NCBI GenBank assembly: GCA_047495785.1
Contig: JBLDXI010000024.1
Coordinates: forward strand, 496,001 to 560,000
DNA length: 64,000 nucleotides
Source of the DNA: Lepidodermella squamata
Lineage: Eukaryota > Animalia > Gastrotricha
Reading direction: 5' to 3'
In this document: positions 1 through 14,200 of the stretch, in pieces
Layout of the letters: every line of letters starts with the position of its first letter
How positions within the stretch are numbered: position 1 is the first letter of the stretch
Position numbers and translations under genes: made by a program
Notes under the pieces: generated by a model
What the model was told of the DNA's origin: nothing
Seen by the model: only the letters and a program-made list of their open reading frames with translations
The model's database searches: none

Positions 1-212
1 TTGAAAATACAGGATCGAAATACTTCAAAGAAGACTCCGGCAATCGCGAACAAGCGCCTTATTCTCATTATGACATTTAAAACGGCTAATTCTTTGGTTG
101 AATACTTTTATTTACGTATTTATTTAATGCTAAATATTAATGCGAAATTAAATTGATCGTTTTGTCAATCAGACCAGTGAACTTTCAAAGTAATCGGACA
201 TTGTGGGAGTTA

Positions 213-2827
213 TCATTTCTTAGTTTTCTCTTTAGAAAGCAATTCGCCGGCATTAAAAACTTCCTGCTCGTCATCATCGGCGTTTTCCTGCTTTCGAAGC
301 TCGGCCTCTCTTTCATTTTTTCGGCACTTCCACCACACATAGCCATTCACCGGTAAGGAAAGAAACAAGAACAGACTTGTGATAGCATGAAACCAGAAAG
401 ACAGACTGTTCGGCTCAAAAACAGAACAATGCCTGACGGGGTCAGATACTTCGTTCGCCGATGACTTCGAAGGAGGTGTAGTCGTTGTGCAACCTGCAGC
501 TTGAGGCGTCTCAGTCGAGGATTCTTCCCAATATAAACAAACCGAGTCGAAAACTGCACCGTAAATTACCGGTGCTGGTATGAAGCCTGTCAAAGGTAAA
601 ATTTTACGAATTGCTTATCGAATCATGTCGAAAAACAAGTTTTACCCAAGAAACTGCAGAAGGAGGATGTGAGACCCACAGCCCAAGACTTGTACTTCTC
701 TCCGACTACTCTGCAGATGTTGAGGAAAGATGAATGATGACGCATAAAAGGAAATAATTTTGTGAAACAAACCTCATCATAATTATTGTTAGAGGAGTTG
801 TAGGTAAAAAAATGATGACAGCAAAAATGAATGCCAAAATGTTATAGATGTAGAAAGTTAGGCATCTCGGTGAACTGCCATTTTCTTCGCCACATCTACC
901 GATAACCGCATAGGATTCAGACCAAGTTTCATTGTTCGGCGACAGAGCATTTGAACAGGCACATCCAGAGAAATGAGTACCATTCCCGAAACGACAGCCG
1001 GCGTGGCACGGCGACACGTAGTGATCGGTATTATTTACACAAATCGGTTGATAAAAGGATGGGCAGCTGTTACAGCCACAAGAATTCGTTGCATTCGAAT
1101 TTGAGAGGCCGATCAAATCGCCGCTTTCGCATCTCATAGGTGACATGGCCATTAAAGCAATGCCGACAATAAGAACGAAGATAAATGTGTAACCCAATGA
1201 TGCAGATTGACTGAGTTTCATTTTCGACATCAGGTACCCGCCGATGAAAGTGCCCAATGCGCACGGTATGGGGTTGGCGATCGCCGAAATAAAATTTGCA
1301 GCTTTTGTACTCTGCAGGAACACCGTCTCAAGGTATTTCGGATAAAAGGTGAAGTAGCCAGCTAAAAAGTAGGTTTGCATGCAAGAGATGAATACTAGCG
1401 CCAGAAACAATTTGTTTCGGAAAAGTATTACAAAATTCCGAGGTATCGCCTTGAGCGAAAATTTCTCCTCTCCCACGGGGTTAACTTCGTTTTCTGCCTT
1501 GCTTTTACGATGGTGTAAGTGATGCTGATGCTGGTGACTTTTTCTTCTCGGGGTAAGTTGCATCGGAAAGAAGAAGAAAAATGGAGCAACAATGGCGAAC
1601 ATGATCGCACAAAGCACAAATCCAATCCACCAAGCTCCCACAAAAGCAGAAGAATTCTCACTAGGCGGATTAGGCTCTAGAGGACGGACGTAAACCGTGG
1701 AAGTAACGCCAGAGGAGAAGAAAAACGCCGCCGCTGGCCCCAGCATCATCATACTACGCAAAAAATTAAAGCCCCAATCTCGATTTGTTAAAGAATTCAC
1801 AAACCTGTAGACAAAGCCAATTAGCGTTGAAGATCTAGATTTATCCACGTTGTTGTCAATGTATAAAATCCCAATGACGTGGTAGGTTGAAGAGGCGGTT
1901 GAAACGACTATTTGAGCAATTACCAGTAAAATCAGAGCAGTAAGAGCGACAGAATTTTCGTCCGCATCTTCATCGGTCGTGGATATCGATGAAGTGTTAA
2001 GTGAACATTGGGGTAAGAATTCATCCCTGAAGCAGTCCAACGATTCTAGTCTGTGGATAACGAACAGTTTTATGGCTCCCCAGCAATTCCAATTGACTTA
2101 CTTGTTACCGTCTTTTAACACGGTTGGCCTCGTATGCGAATCACCTGGCACACTTATTAAAAAGTGTGGCGCTGCCGCCAATAACGAGCCAAAAGCAAGG
2201 AAAAATCCGCGAAGCGCCAAGCGGCGCGGTATATGGATATTTGTCTCCGTAAATGAGAAAATAATGATCGTGATGTGACCGATCTCAAAGCTTGCCAGGA
2301 ATAGTCCGGAAAAGATGCTGCAATGTGTCGATAGATTATTCGTCTTGATTTCTGTAAAAAATTGGGCCTTACCTTGGCCAACCAAATCGTTTTTCGATTG
2401 AGGTCATGGCAGCAACAGTATAAGCCATGTAGAAGAAGTACCAAAATTCGATGATTGAAACAAGAATGACGTAGGTGTATATATTTATCAGCCATGAAGA
2501 CCGTTTTTTGCCGCCTTTCTTGACTACAACGTTACCTAGATGGTCGACATCTCGAGCCGATGAATTATCGGCATCATTTTCTCTGTCTAACTCAGGGTCA
2601 CTGGGGAAGTGGTCGTTATCAGATTCCCCATTCACCGAAGACACGACGATGCTAACTGTTCGCTGATGCATGAGAAATGTCGATTGCGGACGAGCGTTGC
2701 TTGATGACGACGATGAAGACGAGAAAGAAGAGGAAGGGCGCTGGTCATTGTCTGTTAGATGCTCTTTCAAGTCGTCTAACGGCGAATCTTCTCGGCTTTT
2801 CAATGGTTCCAGCGCGACAGCAGCCAT
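213..2827 (-). CDS. Organic anion transporting polypeptide (OATP/SLCO family), multi-exon
   Basis: ORFs 2369-2827, 2098-2385, 706-2040 and 213-593 join through short GT-AG introns. OATP motifs: TSIEKRFG, SFEIGH, YIDNNVDK, FVGAWWIGF, Kazal-like CGCNSCPSFYQPIC...YVSPCHAGC, GFIPAPVIYGAVFDSVCLYW. Confidence 0.92.
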
Positions 2828-5690
2828 TCAGCGTGCAGCACTTGCTTTCAGTCACAATTCAGAAAGTGCAGTAGTCAGCCGGCGCGGAAGAGGTTACGAA
2901 CAAGTAGATCGAGTGCAATTATTAGCCAGCGAGGTCAGGCAATGTCTTATCTTCCACTACTAGCGGCAGTATTTTATCTATGCTCATCGAAGTGGCACGA
3001 GGAGCGTTCTTATCAGCGCGTCGTCACACTTATCGCTGCTATATCCTTCTATCATGAACTATGAGATAACGAAGGTTTTCGGCAAACAGTCCTAATAATC
3101 AAAGGCTTCAATAGATAAGAACTAGGTCCCACGAGACACCGATTCGAATATGGACATATCGATAAGGCTGCCTTTAAAACTATGTCACTTTAAGGGTGAC
3201 TTGTGTCAAATAAAAAGTTGCTGCTATTTTTATAAACTTCATGGAAAGGTGCAGTGGAACAGTTAGGGTCGATCAGAAATAAATGAGTACTAAATTGAGC
3301 CCCGATCGATGATCACATTGTCACGATCATTGATGAACCCGAATTAAATACCAGATTCGGAAAAGAGGACTTCAATAATCCTGACCTTTACTTTACTGTG
3401 ACTTCCAGCCATTGGGATGATTCATCATGATGTTAGCCTAATTTTATTTGAGGCAATATTTTCCTCGTAACTTCACACAAAATATTGGGTGTGACACGCC
3501 GTACATTTTATGCGCTTCTGGTTGTTCATATTAAGCCGATTTCGAATGCTGCCTGCAAATTCCGGTAATTGGTGTTTGACTGTTTCGCCTACTGTTTGCT
3601 TTTATCCGATCTAGCTGCAGCTGAACTATCACATAATAAAACGCAGCCAGGCAAAATTGCGACATTGCTGAGATTTTTTTCATTTCAATCTTTTAATCTT
3701 TAAAAATGGAGTCTTTCATATGCTACTACCAGAAATTGGTTTTTCCATATTAGAGACTAGAGGCGCAATAGGTAGGTACCGATATTTTAGCAAGGAAACT
3801 TGTAAAAAAATGTTTTGCCATTATTAATTGATAGGCTGAAGTTTTTTCTACTCATGGGCCCACTCATGGCTTTGCGGTATGTTGTTACGCCAAAGATAAA
3901 AATGATTGCGAATTTGTATTTCGCGACTGTCAGATGACCCTTCAATTGAAAAATACCGATAGCGCGTTCATATCTAATATGGTCTGGCTATTTATTGGCG
4001 ATATCGGGGTGCAAATCACACAACATGGCGGCTTTATTATCGGTAAAATGTAATTCAGAGCGCGCGGTCGGTGAATTTCGTACCATCAGCCATCTGCGGC
4101 GCGTGGATCCATACGCCCCCCGTCTACCACTTTTAACTAGAGCCGCGCCACTTAAACAAGCTCGAATATTTTGCTTGATTATTTTTCAATATCTTCAAGT
4201 TGAGCTCGCTGAAATCGAATTATATATTCCGATATCAAAATAAACGCCAATAGTATTGTATGCGGCAGAGACAGGATAAAATTCCGCGGTGCAGTCAACG
4301 TAAATTCCGATCATCCTTTTTTTTACCACAACTGATTTTGGGTCATTAAATTGGAGAATGGAGGCCCTTCAAGAATTTTGATATGAGGAGAATCACCCCG
4401 CAACTTCTGATCTTTTAACTATTTTCACCTCAGTATGTATTCAAATCGTCAGCATGCAAAGTAGCAATTGTATCAATGTATGATTTATTCATCTACTTCA
4501 CGTGGATCGATTGCTAAAAACTGCATAGGCAAACACTGCTTTGGCTTTTGGCTGGTAAACAATGAAAAGTTATTGCGATTGCTTACGTCGAAAAGCGCCA
4601 GCTTCGCTCTTGAAATGTCACATTTGACAGGTAAAAACCAACAGTGCTCATTTATTGCATGGCATTCGGTCAATTAAATATTCACTTCTAATTGACTCGT
4701 CGATTTTATGGCAAAAGCAAATCGACCCCTTGCGTGATGTGGTTCCTCGCACAATTCCTACACCGGTGCTTACAGAAAAATATAGCTAGCGGCGCGATTG
4801 AACCGGCCAAAAATATCTTGAGACATCCATGTGACGAGAGCTCTGATTTCAGCCGTTCCCTGTTAATATATGTTAACACCAAAATATCTATGATGTCTTG
4901 CAATTTTTCGCCTTATATTTCTACCCTTTTTAGAGCAAATTGAATTTAAGCAACTTAATATATGAATGCATATATAGCCGCATTAATTCGACGGAATTCT
5001 TAATACCACCAATTAAAGTAAACCCACGCTGTTATTGCAACGCATGCACAACTATATACGATGTAGGCGTTTTCTTCTACTTTTTAATCCCACTATAGTA
5101 GAATCGTAGAATTAAGCTGATCAAAATAATTTGCAAATTCAGCGTAGCACTTGCAATTTTTTCGATAATTTAGACAATAGCGTCTCATGATTAGAAAAAC
5201 CCTCTCATGGTGCCAATTATGACGGGCGTTTCCGGCCTTTACTAGCTTATAACTTAGGCTGAGGAATAGTGTTATTGTTCTGGGAAATCCCATTGATAGC
5301 CTAAAAATTCGACCTAAGCACCCCTGCCGCAAAAAATTGGCATGCTTGAGCAGAAACTTCCTATAAAACCATCTAGACAGGTGCGGAAATACACAGAGGA
5401 GTCACGAGAAAATCACGGATTGAAATAGGTTTGATATTGTGTGTTGTACCCTAAGTTTTTCATCCGCTTAATGTACTTAAAGGTTGCAATAAGCTGTCCC
5501 TGTGATTTTTTGTAAGCAGTACCTATATTATTACGACAAAATATGGCTAACCTGGAAGCTCCACGCCGGTAATTACGATTTTTATTACCTGACTTTGGTT
5601 GATGTGACTAAAAAGATGCATCAGCAGGCGTCCTGCGGATGTAGATCCTAATATGTTGGAGAATTTTTAGCACGCGCTCAGAATCGCCTC

Positions 5691-5706
5691 GGTCACATGA
5701 CACGTG
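5691..5706. promoter_or_regulatory. Tandem E-box/M-box (GGTCACATGACACGTG) upstream of the MFSD4-like gene
   Basis: Overlapping GTCACATGAC and CACGTG match USF/MiT-TFE consensus sites, ~370 bp upstream of the inferred ATG. Confidence 0.35.
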
Positions 5707-6067
5707 CAGTCTAACTGCGCGCCCTTATTTTGTTCTCCATCTGTGAGGCTGAAATAATTTGGAGATAGGCCGAATTCATCCTCATTTTATCGAATAATTA
5801 CATCTGCTCAACTCAAATTTTCTGGAAAAGCGGGGGCGATATTTATTTTTACTTTTGATCTTTTCCGTTTGTCATCACCGATTTTAATCAAAAAAATATG
5901 GCATTTTATGCGACTACGCACTACTTTCTGCCTGGTTAGGCATTACGTCTTTTCACATGGCAAACAAGGTGAAATTAATTTATGCCATGAATTGCTTTCT
6001 GCTACCATTAGATATATTTCGTTTTTACCGTTTAAAACAAGCAGCGTTGGTAAAGCTATTATGGAAA

Positions 6068-8237
6068 ATGGCTGCTAACGATCAAAATTATAATACTTTT
6101 CTGGATAAGGAAAATGCTGGCCAAACACCGATCAGGGCTAGTGAGAACCATTCCTTAATGCCCCCGGATACGCCATCGCCATCACGTAAATCCATCTACT
6201 GGCGGCTGTTTGCACAGAACCGATTGGCCGTTATAACGATTTGCTACTGCTATGCAGCCTTTGGCATGTCGGTGGCGATTTTGGGTCCAGTTTTGCTTGA
6301 TTTGTCTTGTTTGACGGCTTCTAGTCTTCGCTCTATCTCTTGGTTGTTCTTCTTCCAAACGTTTCTATTCAGCGCTGGTTCCGTGCTGGCTGGCTACCTC
6401 GTCACTAAACAGACCATTTCAGATGAATCAATCATGCTGATAACAATGTCTTTATTGCCTATTACTATGGTCATTGTCCCTCTGTTCACCAACTTCGCCT
6501 TACTGGCTGTTAATCTTGCTATAATGGGATTGATTCTCGGTTGCATTGAGAATCTCTGCAATATCAAAATGATCGAGCTATTCAAAGATAAAGTCGCGCC
6601 GTTCCTTCAAGCGCTTCACTTTTTTTACGGATTTGGCGCTTTTTTGACGCCTTTTATAGCGAAACCGTTCCTGTCAAATCAGGACTGCACGCTGTTGCTA
6701 AAAAATTCTACCACAAACTATCGCGTGATCCACGGCGTCAATTACACGATTAGCGTCGATTCGATCGATGATGCACGGGACCTGATCCAGGTTCACTGGG
6801 CTTTTGCCATAGTGGCTGCTTTCATGTTGCCAGGATTAGGATTCGTCATCGCCTATGGAGTACAGATGGGGCGCTGGCGATTATTCTGGTCTGGTGGCAA
6901 TAAATCTGACTCTAGCAGCACCAACATTAAATCCGGGCTGGATCATCAAAAGGAGAACTTCAGCAAAAAGCAAAAAGAAGCCGAGAGCTTCGAACTCGAC
7001 TACACAAGTGGAAATCATGCAGTTGAGCAGGGTGACTCGTCCGAGACACATTCTAACTTCTTCGCTACGATCGGGATCAAAGGAAAGCATGTCGTTGGAG
7101 TGATATTACTGTCAGGACTTGTTAACCTCATTTATGATGGGCTGCAGGCCAGCTTTTCCGACTTCGGCTACACTTACGCTGTTGATACAGTCAAATATCT
7201 CGAAGGGCGACGATCTGAAGCTGCATACACCGAATCGGTCTTTTGGGTATTTCATCTAAATTTTCAAGATAAACTGGCTTCTATATTATTGAATATATAG
7301 GGAAGCTTCGCATTGGGTCGCCTGCTCTCCATATTTTTTGCGGCTAATTTCTTCCCCGTCGTCATGATAGGAACACAGATGGTTATTTTTCTCATCCGTT
7401 CGCCATTTTTCCATTTTTCATATGAATCCTATAGATATGCTGTTTGGCCGTCATCATGTCCCTGCTGATGGTTGAATCCTTTGGCTCCATTCACCTTCTT
7501 CTATTTTGCTTCTTTATTCTCGGATTGTGCATAAGCTCCAGTAAGTAGTTGAATTTTGCAGTGGGCACAAAGTTATTAAATGACATCGATATAGTTGTGC
7601 CTAGCTGTATGTCGCTATCTGCTCAGTATGTGGTTCTAACACGTAAGTTTGGAAGTTCCTATAACCAGTTTCTTTTTCTTTTCAATAAATGAAATTTTCT
7701 TTTCATCTATCTGTTTTTATAGCTACGCTTACAACTCTTCTTATAATCGGCGCTTCACTGGGAGAAATGCTGTTTCCGGTCGTCGTGGGAACGGTAAGGG
7801 CTCTTATTTTTCATTTTATTTGGATTTTGGTACCTTGGGTATGGAATCCTTTGGGATGAATTTGAAAAGGTTTATAACAATTTGCTGAGCTTACGGTTTA
7901 ATTTCACCACAGCTAATCGATGGCTACGGACCTAGAAGTTATATTACGTTTTCATTCTTTGCTGCGATTTTGGCCCTGGCTCTGTTCATTGCTTTGGTTT
8001 ACATCGGGAAGAGAACGCCCAAATTTATGAGTACGTCAGAGGAATAATTTTTACGAACCAGTTTTTAACATGTTATATTTAATTTCAAATAAAATACTCG
8101 GTTCAGCCTCAGGCCAAACTTCGTTAGTCTTTTGGAACTTTCACTCAGCTGCCGGCGGAGAAACAGCAGCGCTCACTGCCAATGACCTTGAAGGCGGAGG
8201 ATTCTACAGTCAACTGAACAACGAAGACGACGAATAA
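6068..8237 (+). CDS. MFSD4: MFS transporter, MFSD4 / sodium-dependent glucose transporter-like, multi-exon
   Basis: ORF 5957-7300 contains AAFGMSVAILGPVLLDL and APFLQALHFFYGFGAFLTP. It continues through small GT-AG introns (FW|GSFALGRLLSI, ...GEMLFPVVVG) to TAA at 8235-8237. The start ATG at 6068 is inferred. Confidence 0.8.
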
Positions 8238-9136
8238 TCGTTAGCGAATATCGTTAGCGATGAAATATTAGTTCCAAAAAATTGTAATGACAGCATTTAC
8301 TATCAAAATAATTTCCATTTTACACTGTGATCTCGCATGCCATTTTTATCTCCATTTACACCAAAGATTGCATGTATGTATTTTGAACCGTCGGCAAAGA
8401 GCTAATAGTATACTTTTGTCAGAATTGAACGACTTCGGAATTGCAGATCTTGTATTGTAAATAGCATAGTAAATTTTTACTCAAACATTGGCAATATTTA
8501 TACCTTTTTACATTGGCTTGTTAACTTGATAATATAGTACAATCAAGTTCTGATCATTCGTTTTGTTTATTCATTGTTGTACCAATTTTGTTTCGATGCC
8601 GGTGAAACGAAGATTAATATACGAATTCTAGTTATACCTATTAAAATAAAACTCTTGTGTCAGTAGATTCAAGGTTTGATATTGAAATCAAATAGGTGTC
8701 AAATAATATCAAGTAATAAGTATAGTATTATTGAACGACAATGCAGCATGGATCGAAGTGACACTTGTTGATCCGCATGAGTAACTTGGTTTCGATGGTA
8801 AATTAATCCTCGTCAAATGAAATGAAACGCTTAAAATGCTGAGTCTAACAGAATATTCCTCCGTATGAAGCAAACCTACCTGCATTTTCTGCGGCGATGA
8901 AGTGTTGCTTAAATGCTGGCCTCTTTTTTGTGCATCAACACAGCCAGACGCGAACCTAAACGAATGCTTGCAATGAGCAAAATGGTAAAAAAAATACCTA
9001 CAAACATCTTCTTCAAGCATTTATGTAATAAATCAACAAGTAAATTGATCGCGAGCTTATACCACGTGAGCTCCCTCAACAAGGATGACGGAAATGTCTC
9101 CTGTATCTGATCGTTGATAGGGCTAAGCGTCTTTTA

Positions 9137-9412
9137 CCTGGTGGCGATGAGCGTGACCTTGCTCTTGGCGATGCTGATCTCTAGATCAATTGAGGCCGCG
9201 GTTTTCCGTAGCTTCGCCATCTTTACCCGCAGCTGCTCAACGCATGCCACCAGCCACGTGGTCGGCGAATCATATTATTGCCAGCACTGAGCCACTGAAT
9301 TATGAATTGAAATTGTCACATTTTAGTAGCTAACGCTAAATCTGTGGGCCAGCAGACCTTCGGAATGCACATCAGCCCTTGTTTGGAAACCGTTCCTTGC
9401 ATCCTTGAACAT
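9137..9412 (-). pseudogene. Small spliced gene fragment with an in-frame stop, product unknown
   Basis: AG|MFKDARNGFQTRADVHSE, then a GT..AG intron, then VAQCWQ*YDSPTTWLVACVEQLRVKMAKLRKTAASIDLEISIAKSKVTLIAT|GT. There is one premature TAA in an otherwise open frame. Confidence 0.25.
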
Positions 9413-9674
9413 CTGGAATTTTGAAACTTGAAATGAAACTTCCAACTTCCAACTTGAAACTGGACCTGCAGATCTGATACTACTGCGGCAACTTTTTATT
9501 TTATTAAATTTACTAATATTACTATAAATTTTAAAATTTTATTTTATCACTATTAAAATTAAGTATTTAATTAAACGTGAAAACCAAATTGTTTATAATT
9601 TTCTGAGAAGCTTTGAGGTTCTCGAGTTGTTGGGCTCTTAAAGCTGGTCTAGCGCAAGTCCTCAGTTTCATCTC

Positions 9675-9737
9675 CCGTTTCCCGTGTCCCGTGTCCCGTG
9701 CACTGATCTCTCTCTCTCTCTCTGGTAACTGGTAACT
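9675..9737. repeat. Cluster of short simple repeats: (CCCGTGT)n, (CT)n, (CTGGTAA)2
   Basis: Directly visible in the sequence. Confidence 0.7.
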
Positions 9738-10449
9738 CCCCATCTTAGAAGTTGCGACTGATGACGCTAGTCACTGATGACTTGTGCACCGGCGATTCAC
9801 CTTTTTCATCAACATTGTCGGTCGCGATTCTGAAAGACTTCTCAGTGATAATCCGACTAGAACAGTTGAAGGTTGAAGACGTTCTATTTTTTTCTCAACC
9901 AAGGCACTTCATTTTTAAAGCCATCCAAACTGCTGTCTATTATAATTGGCAAATTGCCTTGAAAATTTTAATTTGCTTCCTGCGATTTCTGCGGTCTGTA
10001 GGCCGAGCTCGAAAGGCAGCGTCAAGCGTCAGTGCTTCGTAGTAAAGGCATCAGCTGGTCAGGTGGCAGCTGGTCTGTGAACGGAATGCAGACTGCAAAT
10101 GGCTGTTTTAGGTGACAGACGACACTTAACTTTTGATCTGACTGTTGTCTCTTACATTGACTATTGATGGCGATGAACGGCTATCGATATTGCTAGGGTA
10201 TTGATTCAGGTATTGCTTCCCACTCTCTTTCTATGTGGGATAATAGCGACATCAAGTTACTTTGATAAGTAATTACACCGTTGCATGAATGCTGAACTTG
10301 CCAAATACCTACTTGTGTCTAAACGCTAAACGAATCTATTGCTGATCGTTGATCGTTGATTTTTATCAATCACTTATGCGCATTGATTCTGATATCTTTA
10401 ATGTTCCATTGGTTAAATTCACTTATTTCTTGTAGAGATTTGGTTTACG

Positions 10450-10955
10450 ATGTCATTTTCGGAGTTGATCAAAGTTATTGCACGGCCCGGAGTCGTACCT
10501 AAATTCAGAAAGTTCTGGGATGTCGTTCAAAACAACGGAGGCGTCACTCGTTCTCTATGGCGTATTTTTACGTGAGCATCTTCATGTTCCTGATGCTGTT
10601 TTTATTTCAAATTTTTTAAAACCACAGGACTGACGATCTGAAAGACGGGACGTTGGTTGGCAAAGACCAATTTGGCAACGAGTATTACGAGAATAAGCGC
10701 TGGTACGTAGGCCGCAGCCGCTGGGTTGTTTATTCGAAGAAAGTGTTTTTCGACTACGACAGCAGCCAGATTCCACCCGAGTGGCATCGATGGATGCATT
10801 ACACTACGGATATTCCCCCGACAATTAAACCTCAAGTTCAACACAGATGGATGGCCCCACATATCGAGAACAAAACTGGCACTGACGACATCTATGTACC
10901 ATATTCGACCACCCGTCCGAAAGTGCAGAGCTGGCAGCCACCCAAATCATCCTGA
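10450..10955 (+). CDS. NDUFA12: NADH dehydrogenase 1 alpha subcomplex subunit 12 (2 exons)
   Basis: DDLKDGTLVGKDQFGNEYYEN...GRSRWVVY...SQIPPEWHRWMHYTTDIPP...NKTGT...YVPYSTTRPKVQSWQPP is the NDUFA12 signature. One intron at ~10572-10627. Confidence 0.95.
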
Positions 10956-11233
10956 ACTTATTTTGTCTTAATGATGGCGATTTAAAATTATAACTATCAG
11001 TCGAGTCTATTCTCCTGCGACATGAATTTATCGCCATTGCATTATTGGCGTTATAAAAATGAACGGTTTCATCTTTGTCCTTCAAACAGTTCGAATTAGA
11101 GCTACCTTACCAACCTGCCCTTGTCTGGTTAGAATAATTTCGCGATATGCTAATTTTGGTTTTTCATTATCCTCACGTCGCGGATTAGTAAAAGATGATT
11201 GTTCATTCTCTTAACACTTTATATATTTGTAGA

Positions 11234-14200
11234 ATGAAAAAGATTAAAAATATTTTTCGATCGCGATCGAAGTCACGAGGAAGCAGCGGTAGTGCTGGCT
11301 CTTCGGCGTTCGATTTCGATGAAGCCGAGATAAAATCAATGCCTAGTATTCACCAAGCCATTATCAACGGCGATACCGACAAAGTAAAGAAGCTCATAAA
11401 GACTGAACTTGATGCCAAGGATAACAACTCGAGGTAGTTTCATCGCTTGATCTCTTATCTATTTGTTTTCTCCTGTCTTAACTGTTTAGATCGCCATTGT
11501 ATATTGCGTGTCAGTTACAAGACTGGGATTTGGCAACAATATTATTAGATGCCAAATGCAAGTTGGATGAGCCGGACAAAAATGGCATTACTCCTTTGAT
11601 GAAAGTAATTTACCTTACAAATTTCCTATTGCGTGATTCTATCCAACTAATAAACAGGCGTTGGAGGCTAAAAATTCTAAAATGCCGTTATTTGGCATTG
11701 CTCAAGCTAATCAATTCGTGTCTTATGGGTGCAATATACTCAGAGTTAACAATGAAAATCGAACATGTCTACACTACTTGGCAATGTCGAAGTGCAGTGA
11801 TCGAACTGCCGTTTTCAATGCCTTGTTGAATTCCCAGAAGAGCACAAAAGCGCGCCAAAGGATACAGGACTTACCGGACAAGGATCGGCTTACAGCTTTA
11901 CATCTATCAGTTTTAGCTCACAATCTCGAGATATGTCAGGCTTTAATTTCAAATGGTGCCAATGTAAATCTCGTGGACAGCCAAGGTCGAACAGCCTTAA
12001 TGCTAAGCTGTTCAAGTGGCTATGAAGATATTTGCAAAGCCATTTTAGCGGCAAATCCTGAGCTGCATCATAAGGATAGCAAAGGTATGTTTTTGATTAT
12101 TTTATTAATGAGGCGTGACCATTCATGCTTAATTTAGGCCGATCCGCCTTAACCTTAGCGAGAGAGTCATCGCAAAAGTGCGTGCCGCTGATTGAGGAGT
12201 ACGCGCGTGGCCACCCGGCGGTTGCGTCATCATCTGAGCAAAGCCAGTCGTGGGAAGACGTGACTGAAGAAGGCGAAGATACGGACGACGCTGAAGAGGT
12301 AGAAGAAGACGAAGAAAGCGAATCGGCTGTTGAGGACCCGACACCACCACCCGTTATCAAAAAAGGACCGGCTCCTGAACCGCCAAAACCGAAGACAACT
12401 GCCGTCGTCGTTGTCAGCTCAACCGTAACTGAGGTTCAAAAAATCAAAAAAGAGCATGATGAAATTTCCTCGAGTAGCGAGGAGCCGCTGACTGGAACTG
12501 TTCGCTTCAAAGATCAAGTCGAATCACCGAGACCGAAATTACCGGTCCCTAAAGAGTCACCACCCCCTACTGTCCCTACTATCGTTAAGCCCGTAGTGTC
12601 AGTTTCTTCTCCGAGAACCGGCGGGCAAAAAGCGGGAGCATCTTCTCTGCTGAAACAGCTTACTAAATCAAACGATTCGATGGAGGATATAGGCGAGCCT
12701 GACTTCAATTTAAGTGGTTCAGGCGATCAGCGTAATAGTTTAAATCAAAGCGGCAATCGTCTCGGTCATTCTTTCGACGTTAATAGTGACGTCGTTAAAA
12801 CGAGTATTGACTCAGTTACCAGCGGCATGACCACTGAATGGGACTCGGAGAGTGGCGCTTACGCCGTGCCTAATCACCAGACGGTGCGGCGTGCTGTCGA
12901 CAGCGACATCCCGAAAACGCCCGACGAAGACGACTGGTCCGAAGGGCCGACGGTGCCTGATTTCCCGGTTCACACTTCACTCCCGCTAAATTCTGTGCTG
13001 ACAATCACGGCGACAGAGGAGCAGCGCAAAACGCAGGGTGCTGTCGCTAAAACGGACACTCAGCTCACGTCACTTGTCGCTGATGTAATTTATTTTAAAT
13101 TCCTTTCATCAGTTCGTGGCGTCTTTTTGCAACCCCCACCAGGCGCGACTTCCTATTTGCAGGGGCTGGCGTTGTTTGATTTAGTGTCTTTAGCTTCCGC
13201 GGTGCGTCTGATAAAGCATTCGCTTAGTATGCGCGCGCGATGCCGTCTCAATATTCGTGAATATTAGATTTGAAAAAGACCAGCGGGCTTGAGGGTGTCG
13301 GTTAAATATTTACTATTCACCGCGCGCAAAGTTCACCTCGGGTAATATGCTCGGTGAGTGCGCGCCCGTTTGCAATGTAAATTAATTACACTTCTTTCCG
13401 CGCGTTAGGCACGCCCTTTCAGGTTGCTCTGTTTACAAATCTCTTATTTATATTGATCCTCTCTTTCCACGTGGCAGAGCGTACACCGTGTCATTGTCGG
13501 CGGCGTCGACGAGAGCCATGATAGCAAGCAACAGCAGCCGAAGCAGACGCCACAGCAGGGCAGCAAAAAGACAGCCGATTCGGTGCAAGTTATTAACAAC
13601 AAGAATTCAAGCATGTGGGATGACAGCGACCTGAGTGAAATCGCGCTGTCTGGATCACAACAACCGCCTCAAAATGGCACGGCTAACAACAGTAAACAGC
13701 TACAGCGCAGCCAGGAAGATCTTGTGCTGCAAACAAAGCCGAATTACATTCCGTCTCAAACGGTTCGTTAGATTTTAAATAGCGTTTATAACGTGATTCA
13801 TCTCGGTAATTTTGAGATGTTGAAGAAATTAACAAATAAGAGAAGTGTATTATTTGAAGAGAAAAACTGAAGAAGGACCCACGGTAACTTGTCAAAATAA
13901 TCTGCGATAGAAGAAAATTAAATTCCTTAATTAAGCTTCGTTTTATTGAACGGATTTCTCTAGAATAATTGAAGCTGTTAAATCAGTACGAAATCAATCG
14001 AGGTTTTAAGATGGATTGAAATTGGAGCATTGGGTTGTTCGTTCTTACTACCAGTTAATAATAAGAGAATTTTTTTCCTGTAGTCTGTATCACAAGCTTC
14101 TAGTCGATGGGATACCGACGATATAAGCGGCGCCGATGGCGTTCATAACTTGATTTCCCCGACCCGTCTCGCGCCAAAGCGTAGTGATAACGACGACACC

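Noticed and set aside
3100-5600. AT-rich intergenic DNA with TE-like patches between OATP and MFSD4-like
   Set aside because: No convincing TIR/TSD pair or coding remnant could be delimited by eye.
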